This document shows positions 1 through 12,463 of a stretch of DNA of 64,000 bases, one piece after another. A model generated the notes under the pieces. The model was not told where the DNA came from. It worked only from the letters and a program-made list of their open reading frames with translations, and did no database searches. A program made the position numbers and the translations under genes. The stretch is taken from NCBI GenBank assembly GCA_951406725.2, contig OX597816.1, positions 59,644,001-59,708,000 of the forward strand, given 5' to 3'. Position 1 is the first letter of the stretch. Every line of letters starts with the position of its first letter. The stretch comes from Octopus vulgaris (lineage: Eukaryota).

Positions 1-40
1 TAGCAGTAGCACCGTCCTAGGTATGACAGCATTATTCCAT

Positions 41-232
41 TATAATAATAATAATAATAAACATTGTGTACAGTGCTCAGGTGCACCACAACTCATCTAA
101 AGTGCATATATAATCAGGTGTAGTTTCGGCGGATTTCGGAAAGCATGAGGGCCTTAAAGGATGCAGTGTCATGGCAGTCAACAACTGACGCAGGCAGTTT
201 ATTCCATGCTTCAGCAACTCTGAGCGTGATAA
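41..232 (-). mobile_element. 3' end of a CR1/L2-type LINE (RT C-terminus plus (TTA)n tail)
   Basis: Minus strand translates ITLRVAEAWNKLPASVVDCHDTASFKALMLSEIRRNYT* (stop 114-116), a typical LINE RT C-terminal WNxLP motif. A short UTR and a (TTA)n tail at 41-61 follow. Confidence 0.75.
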
Positions 233-448
233 ATACAAAAAAAAAACAAAAAAAATTATGGGTCTGACTTTGAGCTTTCAAGTGTCAGTAAAATGTTTGG
301 ATCTGAAGAATTTTCTGGACATAAAGAAGTAAGGCTAGTCTTATGGATACACTTTTGTTATGCTATGAATATCAAGACTAGTATTTATAAGGGTTTTTGA
401 AATTTTAGATGCAGGTTGTTCCTGATTCCCGGGGTGAGAAATCGAATT

Positions 449-939
<491 letters not shown>

Positions 940-1540
940 AGGAGTGGAGAGAGCAAAGAACGAGACAGACAAACAGAGAGAAAGAGACAGATACATAGAT
1001 AGAAGAGAGATAGTGAGAGTGAAAGTGGAGTAAAAGGAAGAGGTAAAATGAAAGTGGCAGTATGAGGAAGATGTAGAATAAATAAACAGTGATAATGATG
1101 ATGATGTTAAAATAATGATAATAATAAAAGCCTAATTTACAAACAAACGAAGAAAGCCGAGCAAGAATCAAACATGGTAGAAAATAGAACAACCTGAAAA
1201 TAACTTTGAGCCAAGTGAGGAGGCTTCAGTGACAGAGAGATGGAGCGATAACATTTATTAATCATTTCTTTCGACTTAGGCAGAAAGCCAATTTGTAGCA
1301 GTGGAACGTGTACAATCGGTCAATTGTTGTGCTTTTATCCCTCGGGGTTTCGATAAAATAAGTACCAGTTAAATACTTCGGGGTCAATTTACACGGTTGC
1401 ACATCTCTTTTGTGGTATAAAAAAAACCCCCACTATTATGGCTATTTACTGGATTTGAACTTCTGTCCAAGTAGACCTCTGTGCTGTAACGGCCTTAGCT
1501 AGTCATCCATTCTATCATGTGTGTGTGTGTGTGTGTTATA

Positions 1541-1848
1541 TTTTACTCGAGTCAGTCACTAGGTTATGACCATGCTGGAGCACCATCTACAAGAACTTTA
1601 GTCGAATCGAACCCCAAGTACTTCTTTTTCTTTTAAGCCTGGTCTGGTATTTTGCTTGTTGGCCTTTTTTGCCGAACCGATAAGTTACTTATACGATAGG
1701 CTTCTTTCAGTTTCCGTCTACCAAATCCACTCACAAAGCTTTGGTTACACCGAAGCTTTAGTAGAAGGCATTTGCCCAAGGTGCCACGCAATGGGATTGA
1801 ACTCGGAATCATGTGGTTGGGAAGCAAGCTTCTTACCACACAGCCACG
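1541..1848 (-). mobile_element. tRNA-derived SINE, family 1 (octopus type), internally deleted
   Basis: Minus strand has A box TGGCTGTGTGG, B box GAGTTCAATCC, then GCACCTTGGGCAA. The same family recurs many times in the window. Confidence 0.85.
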
Positions 1849-2314
1849 TCTATGTATATATGTGTATGTGTTTAATTCTTCATTAGGAACGACACCAGGA
1901 TTTTTTTTTTTTTGTGTGTGTGTTTTTTAGGAAGCATGAGATGGTGGTGATGATAGTATTTTGTAGGCTGAACTGACCCACGTATATTACGAATATTTAT
2001 TTCATTAATACCTTACCACCACCACACATTCCAGTACCAAGATACCAAGTGGCGGACTGGGTAAAAAAATATTGGTTGCCAGGAGACATGGGGAGGCCCG
2101 CCCGCAACTACAGTGCTATCATTTATTTATTTTTTATTTTTTTTGTCAAAAGTATTCTTTTCAACTGTCTACAAACACAACCAAGCTGAAATAATTAATG
2201 CATTCTTCCAAGAGTGAATATAAAATTCTCAAACTTGAGAGGATGGGCCCCCGATATATAGATTCTAATGGCGCTAGGGATTCTGAAAACTGACAGTACC
2301 CAAATGAATATATA

Positions 2315-3075
2315 CAGGGTGCGATGGGTAAATTGGCGACATTTATATTTTTAATTTCGCGCATGCGCATTATTTTATTTTTTTTGTCGACTACACAGTA
2401 TGGTAGGGTCAGTTGGGCACTATCTGTGAGAAAAACAGCACCATGACCCAATTCACTCTGCCAGAAATTTGGAAACAACGTGCTGTACTGCTTGGCATTC
2501 GCACCGGAAGCTCTGGTACGAACATTTCAGAGTGTTTGGGTGTCAATCTGAGGACATGTACTGAGAGTGATAAAAATCAAACATCCAGCCAACACCATGG
2601 TGTTTGGAGTGATCACTAGTGATGGCGACGTTGTGCCTCCGTTCATCTTCCCACACGGCCTCAGATTCAACGCGGAGGCCAACATCAAGTGCCTGGAGGA
2701 GGTAGTGCTGCTCTGGGTCAAGAGGGTAGCTGCTGGAAGACCCTATGTCTGGCAACACGACTCTGCACCATACTACCCAAGCAGGAGAACCCAGTCATGG
2801 TTGTCAGACAATTTCTGCGACGACATCTCCCCTAACATCTGGCCACCTAACTCCCCAGACTGCAACACCCTTGATTATTATGTGTGGGGCGCGGTTGAGC
2901 GGGAGACCAACAAAACTCCTTGTAACACTGAATATGAAATGAAGGCAAGGATTATGGCAGCATTCACCAACTTAAACAAGGAGACCATCCAGAAGAGTTG
3001 CAGGAGATTCCGAAGTTGTCTGGAGCCTGAAGCCAATGGCGATTTTAATGAATAAATTTACTCTTTAGTATTGCA
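2315..3075 (+). mobile_element. Tc1/mariner maT (DD37D) transposon, internally deleted, right end lost
   Basis: Left end is TA|CAGGGTG. ORF 2567-3055 contains WQHDSAP...WPPNSPDCNTLDYYVW, with 37 residues between the last two catalytic Asp. Confidence 0.9.
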
Positions 3076-3089
3076 AGATATTTTTATGT

Positions 3090-3475
3090 TATTGTTGTAT
3101 TTCGGGACGGTCATCATTTTTTTTTCCAAATAAACACATGCACCATATATTTTTTCTTCATTCGTTTATTACTGTTCTTATTTTATTAACTCATGTCCAT
3201 TGTCCGGAAATCTTTCGTCACACATCTGTGACCTCTTCAGCGATACTTTTCTTTTCGTGTGTGTTCTTGCTACACTTACTCCATTCTTTTCTTAAGATTT
3301 CCGGACAATGGACAAGAGTTAAAATGATAAAATAAGAACGGTAAGAAACGAGTGAAAAAGAAAATATGTATAGTGTGTGTTTATTACGCAAAAAAAAAAA
3401 CCCCACAAAAAAACGACCGGTCCGAAATACAATATCTGTTTCAACACACGATTTCATATCAGGAATCTTGCAAAA
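3090..3475 (-). mobile_element. Foldback of a hammerhead-carrying, Penelope-LTR-like non-coding repeat (family A)
   Basis: Imperfect inverted arms at ~3090-3214 and ~3293-3435. The same sequence occurs at ~54040-54207 and ~56309-56470. Confidence 0.7.
3203..3245 (-). ncRNA. Minimal type I hammerhead ribozyme motif, core intact
   Basis: Minus strand: tatcg CTGAAGA G GTCACA gatg TGTGAC GAAA gat TTC cgga. Stem II is perfect; stems I and III are weakened. Confidence 0.75.
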
Positions 3476-3514
3476 CGAATTGATAAACGTATTTTTATGT
3501 TAAAATGAGATGTA

Positions 3515-3715
3515 GGTGTACTATTTAAGAAGAGTGTTCCCGGTGCGCGCACTCGCATAGTCGCACATCCACACTAGCTAGTCGTGACTAGTCGATCCTT
3601 ACTTTGTGTTTTTGTTTTATTTACTTTGCTAGGTAGTCGTAGGATCGACTAGTCACGACTAGCTTGCGCGACTACGCGAGTGCGCGCACCGGGACCACTC
3701 TTCTAAAGTAGTACC
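3515..3715. mobile_element. GC-rich MITE with ~75-80 bp inverted arms
   Basis: Arm 3518-3599 pairs with 3641-3714 around a T-rich spacer. The ends appear TA-flanked. Confidence 0.75.
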
Positions 3716-3737
3716 TATATATATATATATATACATA

Positions 3738-3769
3738 CTAGCTTAAGGTGACCCGCTCTACGCGCGGGT
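3738..3769 (-). mobile_element. Helitron 3' terminus remnant
   Basis: Minus strand: hairpin ACCCGC..GCGGGT, a 9-nt spacer, then CTAG|T. Confidence 0.55.
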
Positions 3770-3799
3770 AAGAGTGTGGTTGTTATTTTCTGTTGCATC

Positions 3800-4120
3800 C
3801 TTTCGGTACGTAAAAAACACCATCCGAACGTGGCCGATGGCAGCGCCGCCTTGACTGGCTTCTGTGCCGGTGGCACGTAAAAAGCACCAACCGATCGTGG
3901 CCGCTGCCAGTACCCCTCCCCCCGTGGCACCTGTGCCGGTGGCACGAAAAAAGCACCCACTATAACCACGGAGTGGTTGGCGTTAGGAAGGGCATCCAGC
4001 TGTAGAAACACTGCCAGATCAGACTGGAGCCTGGTGCAGCCTTCTGGCTTCCCAGACCCCGGTCAAACCGTCCAACCCGTGCTAGCACGGAAAACGGACG
4101 TTAAACGATGATGATGATGA
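3800..4120 (+). mobile_element. RTE LINE 3' UTR fragment with (GAT)n tail
   Basis: Matches the 3' UTR downstream of the RTE ORF end at 14001-14473 and ends GGACGTTAAACGATGATGATG. Confidence 0.85.
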
Positions 4121-4246
4121 TTCTCCCTCTTTGTTTCTCTCTCCCTTTCCCACTCTCTTACTCTTCCTTTCTCTCGGACTCTCCCTCGCTTTCTCTTACT
4201 CTCTATCTTTCTCTCTCCCATTTATAAATAATATATATATAACAAG

Positions 4247-5040
4247 GCAATAAGCTGAAAGAATCGTTAACACGCCGGACTAAATGCATAGTTGCATTTT
4301 TTCCGGCTTAACGTTCTGAATTCAAACGTCGCCGAAATCGACGTTGCCTCCCGTCCTTTCGATGAAATAAGCACCAACTGAGCATTGAGGTTGATTTGAC
4401 TTGTCTCTCCCCAAAATTGCTAGCCTTGTGCCAAAATTTGAATACGGCAAACCGAATTCAAAACGTAAAGCTGAAAGTAAATCTGCGAAGCATTTCGTCT
4501 GACATATTCACGATTTTGACAGCTCGCCGCCGACTAAGCAACAATAACCTTTTCTGACTATACAAGGACTGAAATTTTAACAGAGGGCGATAGTCGACTA
4601 TAGCGACCCCAATGCTCGAGTGGTACTTATTTCATGGACCCCGAAAGGATAAAAGACGAAGTCGACCTCGACGAAATTTGAACTAAATTAGTACGTAAAG
4701 ACGGACGAAATGTTGCTGAACATTTTGTTCGGCATGCTAACTATTCTATCAAAACAATAAGAATAATAATGGTTTCAAATTCTGGCACAAGGCCAGCAGT
4801 TTTAGGGGAGAGAACAAGGCAATTACATCGACCCCAGTGATCAACTGGTACTTATTCTATCGGCCTTCGGAGTGAAACTTGGGCGAAGGTAAAGAATATG
4901 CACACCCGGTGGTTAGGGTTTAGGTGCTTTTGTTACGCCGAAAACCAGTGATGTCCTCCGCCTGAAATTTGAACTAAGAATGTAAAGATGGACGAAATGT
5001 CGCTAAGCATTTGGTCCGCGTGCTAACGGTCCTGCCAGAA
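4247..5040. mobile_element. Cluster of SINE family 2 copies (Nin/Deu-like central domain) in mixed orientation
   Basis: Diverged copies of the GCCTTTCATCCTTTCGGGGTCGATAAA..AGTACCAG core. Further copies near 25770, 41420, 46030, 54208, 55585, 56110, 59290, 63155 and 63770. Confidence 0.75.
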
Positions 5041-6083
5041 CAATAAGAGTGACAATAATTAATGTTCAAGATTTGTTGCCGAACACTCAGTAAATAGTTG
5101 AGACTACAATATAGCGAGAAAGAAGGAGAGATAAATTTAGTGGTTGAGAGAGCGGTAATGAAAGAAAGAGAGTTAGTGAATTAGTAAGAGAGACATATGA
5201 ATGAGAGAGGTAACGAACAAGAAAGTTAATGAATGAGGTGATTGATGAGAGAAAGTTAATGAGTGAGAGAGGTAATTGGTGAGAGGAAGTTAATGAGTGA
5301 CAGAGAGTAAGAGGAAGAAGGTGAGAATTGGTGGATGAATGAATGAATGAAAGTGTATGAGTAAGTGAGGATGAGAAATAATGAGAAACAGAGAGAACTT
5401 GTGGCAAAGAGAGAGTTAATGGATGTGGGTAACCACGAGGGAGAAAAAGTTTGTGTGGGAGGGAAGTGCAGAAGTGAGAGCTAATGTAAGAGAGATGGAG
5501 TGAGTGAGAGAGTGAGTATGAGAGAGCTGGTGAGTTATTGCTCGTCGTTAACACATTTTCGTCTATTAATTTACTAATATAATTATTTTTAAAATGCTCA
5601 TTAACATAGATTCGTGAATCACATTAATTACTGAGATGCTTCCTTTTTCCTACCACCTTAAAAAACAAAAAGAATGATGACGGAAGTTAATTTAACAGGA
5701 AATAATAATACCCAACATGGTCACGTTGTTTTATTAAGAACTGACGAAGCAGCTAGAAATAGCAGTTACATTTCGTTCAAATTACAATTTGCAGTCACGG
5801 AAAAGGGAAGATATACTGGCTTCTTGATTCCGAATTGCTGTCTGGGGAGAAAAATATACTGATATCTACAATCCGGACCAGGACAGACCTGGGTTAAACA
5901 ATCATAATATCTCTTAGTAACAGTTATCTTGGGTAGAAAGGGCTTGGAACACGGCAAATAAACACACAACTGGTAAAGTTATTGAATATGTACGCAAACA
6001 ACAATCTCCAGTGCAAAAACAGGTTTCGCATAGAAACGCCGCGCTGGGATGCTTGAATATCTCGTTAATAAAATAATATACTA

Positions 6084-6750
6084 TAAAAAAGGTTAATTAA
6101 GTCAGTTTATTAAAGCTTTCGTAACCGCAGGATTCTTCATTGGCTCATTAAATTTACTATTGACTGTACGTATGAAAGGCCCTAATGTCTACAAAATTTT
6201 TTGAACGTTATGAAATCTATATATATAAAAGTGAAGTTGTGTGAGTGTCTGTCTCCTACGATTTAGATTCCTAACTACTCCCACATTTTGCGGTGCAGTA
6301 TAACCAAAACCGGGTATCTTATAGTCGTGATTCATATCGAGCCCTTCTGGGTATTAGCGCGCGTCTACGATGAGTCTACGATTTAAAAAATAATTTACCA
6401 TAATTTTTTTCCATTTTAAAGCATATTTTTAAATAAAGGGAAGTAACTCTCTAAAAATGTCTACGATGAGTCAACGATTTTTAAAAAAAATTACCATAAT
6501 TTTTTTTGCATTTTTTGGCTATAACTCTCTAAAAATGCTTTATAGTTATTTCTTTTACAAACCCGAGCAACGCCGGGCGATACTGCTCGTATTTCATAAA
6601 AAAGGTAATTAAGTCAGTTTATTAAGGCTTTCGTAACCGCAGGATTCTTCATTGGCTCATTAAATTTACTATTGACTGTACGTGTGAAAGGCCCTAATGT
6701 CTACAAAATTTTTTGAACGTTATGAAATATTTCATAAAACGGTAATTAAC
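6084..6750 (+). repeat. ~140-bp tandem duplication; the first copy is interrupted by a Helitron
   Basis: 6084-6215 is near-identical to ~6597-6728. Confidence 0.9.
6216..6589 (+). mobile_element. Non-autonomous Helitron (374 bp)
   Basis: 5' TC; 3' hairpin CCCG..CGGG followed by CTCG (a CTAG variant). Inserted between A and T with no TSD. The empty site GAAA|TATTTCATAAA is visible in the duplicate copy. Confidence 0.85.
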
Positions 6751-7127
6751 TCAGTTCAATTAATGGGCATAACTACACAATTGGGCCCCATCCCGACTTA
6801 TTTCAACGTCATTTTTAGAATAAATGGGTATTTGGTGAATGAAAATTTCAACAAATACTTTTCAGGTGGTGTATATTACGAATATATTTCATCGGAGTTT
6901 AATGTGAAAAAACATAAAGTGTGGTAGATTATTTCACGCACCTCGACTTCGTTTTTTCCTCATACGTTTTGATGATGGAGATTTCAATTATGTTGAAAAA
7001 GAAAATACTTTTGAGGACTATTCCACCCTCTCCTTTCTGGAATTTGTTGAATGAACATTTAATATCGTAATCTACACACTGTGAAAGGTTTTTGTAGAAA
7101 ATTTCATTAAAGAAATACTAATACATT

Positions 7128-7477
7128 GGGCCGACCAATGCCTTGTGAGTGGATTTGGTAGACGGAAACTGAAAGAAGCCTGTCGTATATATGTATATAT
7201 ATATATGTATGTGTGTTTGTGTGTCTGTGTTTGTTCCCCTAGCATTGCTTGACAACCGATGCTGGTGTGTTTGTTCCCCTAGCATTGCTTGACAACCGAT
7301 GCTGGTGTGTTTACGTCCCCGTCACTTAGCGGTTCGGCAAAAAGAGACCGATAGAATAAGTACTGGGCTTACAAAAAGAATGAGTCCCGGGGTCGAGTTG
7401 CTCGACTAAAAGGCGGTACTCCAGCATGGCCGCAGTCAAAATGACTGAAACAAGTAAAAGAAAGAAAGAAAAAGAAT
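7128..7477 (+). mobile_element. SINE family 1, 5'-truncated, with an internal ~41-bp tandem duplication
   Basis: Matches the body and tail of the copy at 52213-52590. Confidence 0.85.
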
Positions 7478-8316
7478 AAAAATCAAGGTTATGAGGAAAC
7501 AAAGCAGACTCGGGTGAATTTTCCGAAACTCCTTTCCTCACCATTGGAAAAAATTCACAAAAAAATCCGATATATTCGAATTCTATACAATCTGAAGCGT
7601 ATTTGTAGAAAATTTCATTAAAACATATTCATTATTCCGAAAGTTATGAAGAAACAAAACCGGTGGGAGTGTCGGGGGAGGGGGCACTTGTATAGGTATG
7701 CCTATTTTAACTCAAAATCTGCAAACATATTGACATAATTCGAAAAACAACAGCAAAAAATTATCAGAGGTGAACTCGTTCATACGGCTGTTTGATAAGG
7801 CTAGGAAATTTTCATTTTCTTTAAAATATTCATTGAACAGATTCTAGAATGGAAAAGATAGAATGATACTCAAAGTTTTTTTTTGGGGTTATTTTTGTCA
7901 CTATAAATATAATGTACATCGAGATATGTGAGTTCTCCGAAACTCCTCTTACTTTCCTTTCTCACCCTCACCCGAAATATTTTCACAGCAAATTCCAATA
8001 TAATCGTAATCTACACCATCTGAAAGGTCTTTGCAGAAAATTTCACGAGAAAATAAATTCGGAGCGAGGCACAGTTGTGTAATTATTCCAGTAGTAGTTA
8101 CGAATGTAAAATGATGATTTATTTGTAAATTAGGCGATTGTAGCACATCGTTTTGATGTGGTCTCTTTCGTTTTGTAACGGAGGTCATTGTTTTGTGTAC
8201 ATAGACAACTTTGCACAAGCACACACATATTGAGTCATGAAGTTAAAAAATGCAGTCAGAAGAGCTGAGGCGGCAAGAGATCGCAAAATGCAGACTTCAT
8301 GACTTTTGGCCTACAG

Positions 8317-8365
<49 letters not shown>

Positions 8366-8567
8366 GTAACAATTAGTTGGTTGCCATAATAAAACTCAGT
8401 GTTGGATGTCGGGGCTGAAGTCTGCTCCGGCATCTCATCCCAGACTTCAGCCCCGGCATCCGAAACTGAGTTTTATTATGACAACTAACTAATTGTCACT
8501 TTATATTTATAGATAAATTATTCTGTCTACATAATATCGAGGTCTCATTCATTCTTTTGTTGTCATA

Positions 8568-8570
<3 letters not shown>
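8366..8570. mobile_element. Foldback insertion within (TA)n, probable Penelope-LTR-like fragment
   Basis: 59-bp arms at 8366-8424 and 8441-8499 with a 16-nt spacer. Contains CCGAAACTGAGTT, resembling the 3' half of a hammerhead. Confidence 0.55.
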
Positions 8571-8610
<40 letters not shown>

Positions 8611-10130
8611 TGTGTGAGAGAGAGAGAGAGACCGGATTAATCGAGAAAGGGGCCTACTATATTAGACTAGCTATAGCAATAATGCACTATAGAACAATAT
8701 ATCGATAGATTTAGATTTTTAGCTGACCCTGTATACTAGGTCGAAGGCTTGAATACATTGTAGCAAAACACTAATTTAACATAAGCTATACAACCTTCTA
8801 CTGTTATGAACGGCCAAATCTAAAATTTATTTGAAAAATGTTTTGGAGTTCTCTCCCTTGGTTGTCGATTTTGGTTTTAAGTACATGTGGGAGATTTTGT
8901 ATGCGGGTTGCCTGGATTTCGATTTTATTTCTCCTTACAGGGCGAAGAAAATTATTTAAAGATTTTTATTACATATATAACACGTATGTAAATGATATAT
9001 AAATAGTACAAAACCACAGTAAAATACAAATCCTAAACAATAGTCCTGATTCTTCCATAATATAAGTTTTTACAAAAGAAAAAGATAAGAAAAAAGGGGA
9101 GAGAAAAAGAGAAGAAAGAGAAAAAACATTAGTGGATAATCTCAGTTAATCAAAGTTTTGTAAGTCACTATATTAGATAATGTAAGACCCTCTCGTATGT
9201 GTTTCAGGTTTGGTTTAAAACGAAATAAGAGTATGAATTATTTTTAGATGAAAAATTTCAATAACAACGTACTGTTACAGAGAGAAAAGAAAGAGAGAAA
9301 AAAATAAAAGTATTTAAAAAGTTAAATTATAAAGAAAAAGCTACCCATAACTACTTCCTCGGGAAACAAGAAAAAAAAATAGAGGATTAAGAAGCAGATG
9401 TGAATGGAGGGAATACAGCGACACCACTCGCTGCGACAGCCACCCCATCTCGCGGAGCTCATTTCTCAGGCGGGCCGCAGCTAAACGATTTTGCAGACGA
9501 ATTCAGCAGTACGGGATCCGAGGTGGATCCTCTCCTCTGCGTTACGGGTGGCGAAACCTGGGTTTGCGGCCAATGCACCAAGTTGGAACTGGAGTATGTG
9601 TCCTAGATTAGAGATCTGCCTCCCTCGTATGGGAAGAGGGCTTTCTGCTAAGGCGCTTATCACAACCGTGTCCAAAGCCTACAGGCTTCAGTTGCGACGG
9701 GATGCAGCCGCGTCGAGATTCCTAATTATATCATTCAGAGTGGGGTGTCGGGGTAAACGGCCCGCGTTATGGTTGTAGGACGGATACAGGCCGAATTCAT
9801 CGACTACCGCTCCTCAACGACATTTGTACAGTTCACACGCGGAGACCGAGACGCTGGGCCACTCCGATACGTGTACACTCTTCATCAAGGAGGATACAGG
9901 TTAAATAAGGAGGCACCCAATATAAATTCTCTCGATTTGGGTTGTTCCACACCCCCACTTTTATTTGAGTTAACACGAAAAATGTTTCTATCATCGTGTT
10001 TAATGCTTTGTGTGTGTGTAACTCTATTCTAATACAACTCTGTTTATCGTGTTTTGAAATTTTAATAAATTTTACCTCTTTTCAGACATTTGACAATGGA
10101 CTGACAAGTAGAAATAAACAAACGAAATTA

Positions 10131-10134
10131 TCTG

Positions 10135-10168
<34 letters not shown>

Positions 10169-10541
10169 TAATCTTTCAGTTTAGGGTGTTTAAAAAAGTA
10201 AATAAAAATGAAAGGGGAATAACAAGGGGAGATAAATGTCAACTGTTAAACTAGATCTGGGCTATAGCCACCAAAAAGTGAACGAAAGTTTTTTGGTTTT
10301 TTTTTGGAACAGGATTCCTCCATATGAATTCGTGTAAATATGACGCAAATAAATTGTCCGACGTTCCAAATTGCAATAATTTTTTGTTGGTCAGTTATTT
10401 TTAGCATTTTGACCGAAAAAAAAGTCATTCTAAAATTATTTTTTAACGTAAGCGTGCCCAAACAAGTCGAATGCTTACACAGAACAGGTTTTACAGCCAC
10501 ATCATCCAAACCAACTGGGTGAAACCGGGCTTAGCTGCTAG
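10131..10541 (+). mobile_element. Probable non-autonomous Helitron
   Basis: Degenerate GC-rich hairpin then CTAG|T at 10538-10542. The 5' TC start at 10131 is tentative. Confidence 0.5.
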
Positions 10542-10652
10542 TGTGTGTATGTGTGTGTGTGTATATATATATATATATACGTTCCAAAATGTAACCACAT
10601 GTGAATCGGCAATCCCCCCACCCCGTCTTCCTTTTCTATAGGACTTTCCTCT

Positions 10653-10684
10653 GTTTCTGAAGAGCTTTGCTCGAAATGTAAAAC
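10653..10684 (+). ncRNA. Degenerate minimal hammerhead motif (family C)
   Basis: GTTT CTGAA GAGC ttt GCTC GAAA tg TA AAAC. Stem I (GTTT/AAAC) and stem II are intact, but the core is short by about 2-3 nt. Confidence 0.55.
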
Positions 10685-10804
10685 TACCTTTCTTTCCTTC
10701 CCTGAGCGTCTGCTAATACTTTCCAGGTACCACGTCCTCGCGTTGTTTTCTTTTGTGTGTGTGTGTGTGTGTTTGTTGTTCGTTTTTTTTTTTATTTACT
10801 ATTT

Positions 10805-10859
<55 letters not shown>

Positions 10860-11877
10860 TGGTCAAGGCGCTTTCCTTCGCTAGAGGCTTCACTGGCGTT
10901 AGTGACAGGGATATAGACGTCATTATGCATGCTAGGAAAACAGTGCTGTTCAATAAAGTTTCGACCTGGGTCGAGCAATCCGACCCTGTAGGCTCTTTTG
11001 ATGTAGCGATGGGGACCTATGACAACGCTGGTGTATGCGACCTCATCGAGTTGTATTTCCTTGATACCCTTAAGAAAAAGTTCCCTTCAGTCTTCTTTGG
11101 TCTCTACAGAGATGACGCCATGGACATGTCTAGAGGAGCAAACGGTCACACACTAGACAGGCTTGGGAAAGATCTAATTAGCACACTTGCCTCCATGAGA
11201 TTAAAAATCACCATCGAGACCAACCTCACCACCGCAGACTTCTTAGACGTCACGCTCGACTTGGGCTCTGGTACATACAGGCCCTACTGCATGCCACTCA
11301 TCATGTTCACAAACCTGGTGAAGGGTGTTAGTAAGAGAATCACGAACCTTTCCTCCAGCCAAGAGATTTTTGCAGCAGTCCCCTACTACAATGAGGCCCT
11401 AGCTGCTAGTGGATTTAGGGAGTGCATCTCCTACATGCCTTGCCCCAAAATCCATAGAAGGAAGTGCCACAGAAATATCATTTGGTTCCTCACCCCTTCT
11501 CTCTTAATGTAAAGACGTCTGTAGGTAGGATATTAAGTTAATGGATAAACATTTCACTAGTTCACATAGATACGGAAGCATTTTCAACAGGCACAATCTT
11601 AGGATCTCTTTTAGCTGTGCCCTCAATATTAAGAGCATTCTAGTTAGCACCTCTAGACCGCGAGCAGAAGCAGGATGTTCATGCAGGGACCGCAACAGAC
11701 GCCCAGTGAGAGGCCAATGCAAAGCAAGGGGGTGTTCTATGAAACCGAGGTACTGGCCGACCCTAGCAGCAGCAGCTCCCCTAACAGTGGCAAGGACATC
11801 AGTACCAAAAGTAGCAGTAGCAGAAACGCAAACAGAACCAATAGCACCATCGCCAGCGGTAATGACAGCAATGGCAA

Positions 11878-12222
11878 GTGGAGGCGCAATGGTTAGGGCA
11901 GCGGACTCGCGGTTTCGATTCCCAGACCGGGCGTTGTGTGTGTTTATTGAGCGAAAACACATAAAGCTCCACGAGGCTCCGGCAGGGCTGGTGGTGACCC
12001 CTGTTGTACTCTTTTGCTCCAACTTTCTCTCACTTTTTCTTCCTGTTTCTTGTCCCCGACTTCCTACGCAACCGCTGAGCCTGGATGCGCATTCATCCAT
12101 CCGTCGATGCTCTCGGTATCGGGAGTTGACCTGCTTTCTTTTCTGCGGGTCTTACGAATAGCAAAGGACTACGTTTCGGACTTCTCCCACTACAGACAAA
12201 TGGGACGAAGACCGCTTCACTC
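11878..12222 (+). mobile_element. Composite element: tRNA-SINE head plus antisense hammerhead-bearing tail, copy 1
   Basis: Head GGAGGCGCAATGG..GGTTTCGATTCC. Minus strand 12166-12222 has a mutated core, stem II GGTCTTC-TCCCAT/GTGGGA-GAAGTCC, then GAAACGTA. Confidence 0.7.
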
Positions 12223-12463
12223 AACAAACAAACAAGCAGCAGTGGCAGTACCATCACCATCAATTACAACAATAACAGCGACGACAGCAACGGCAGTATC
12301 CCTAACAGAAATAGCAGCAGAGACATCGCCAATGGCATCCACAATAGCAATGACAGTGTCTCCATCAATGGCCATAACAACAGCACCTTTACCATCACCG
12401 GCAGTGGTGGCACCAACACCATCATTACCTCCTCTAATGACGCCAACGCCAGCATCAACAGCG

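Noticed and set aside
3106-3150. Apparent degenerate right TIR of the maT element
   Set aside because: This sequence belongs to the family A foldback (mirrored at 3370-3435 and repeated near 54140).
5087-5554. 155-aa Ser/Leu/His-rich ORF
   Set aside because: It lies in a GA-rich low-complexity tract with no domain motif.
5738-5768. CTGACGA...GAAA hammerhead-like string
   Set aside because: There is no convincing stem II or III, and GCTAGAAATAGC belongs to another common repeat.
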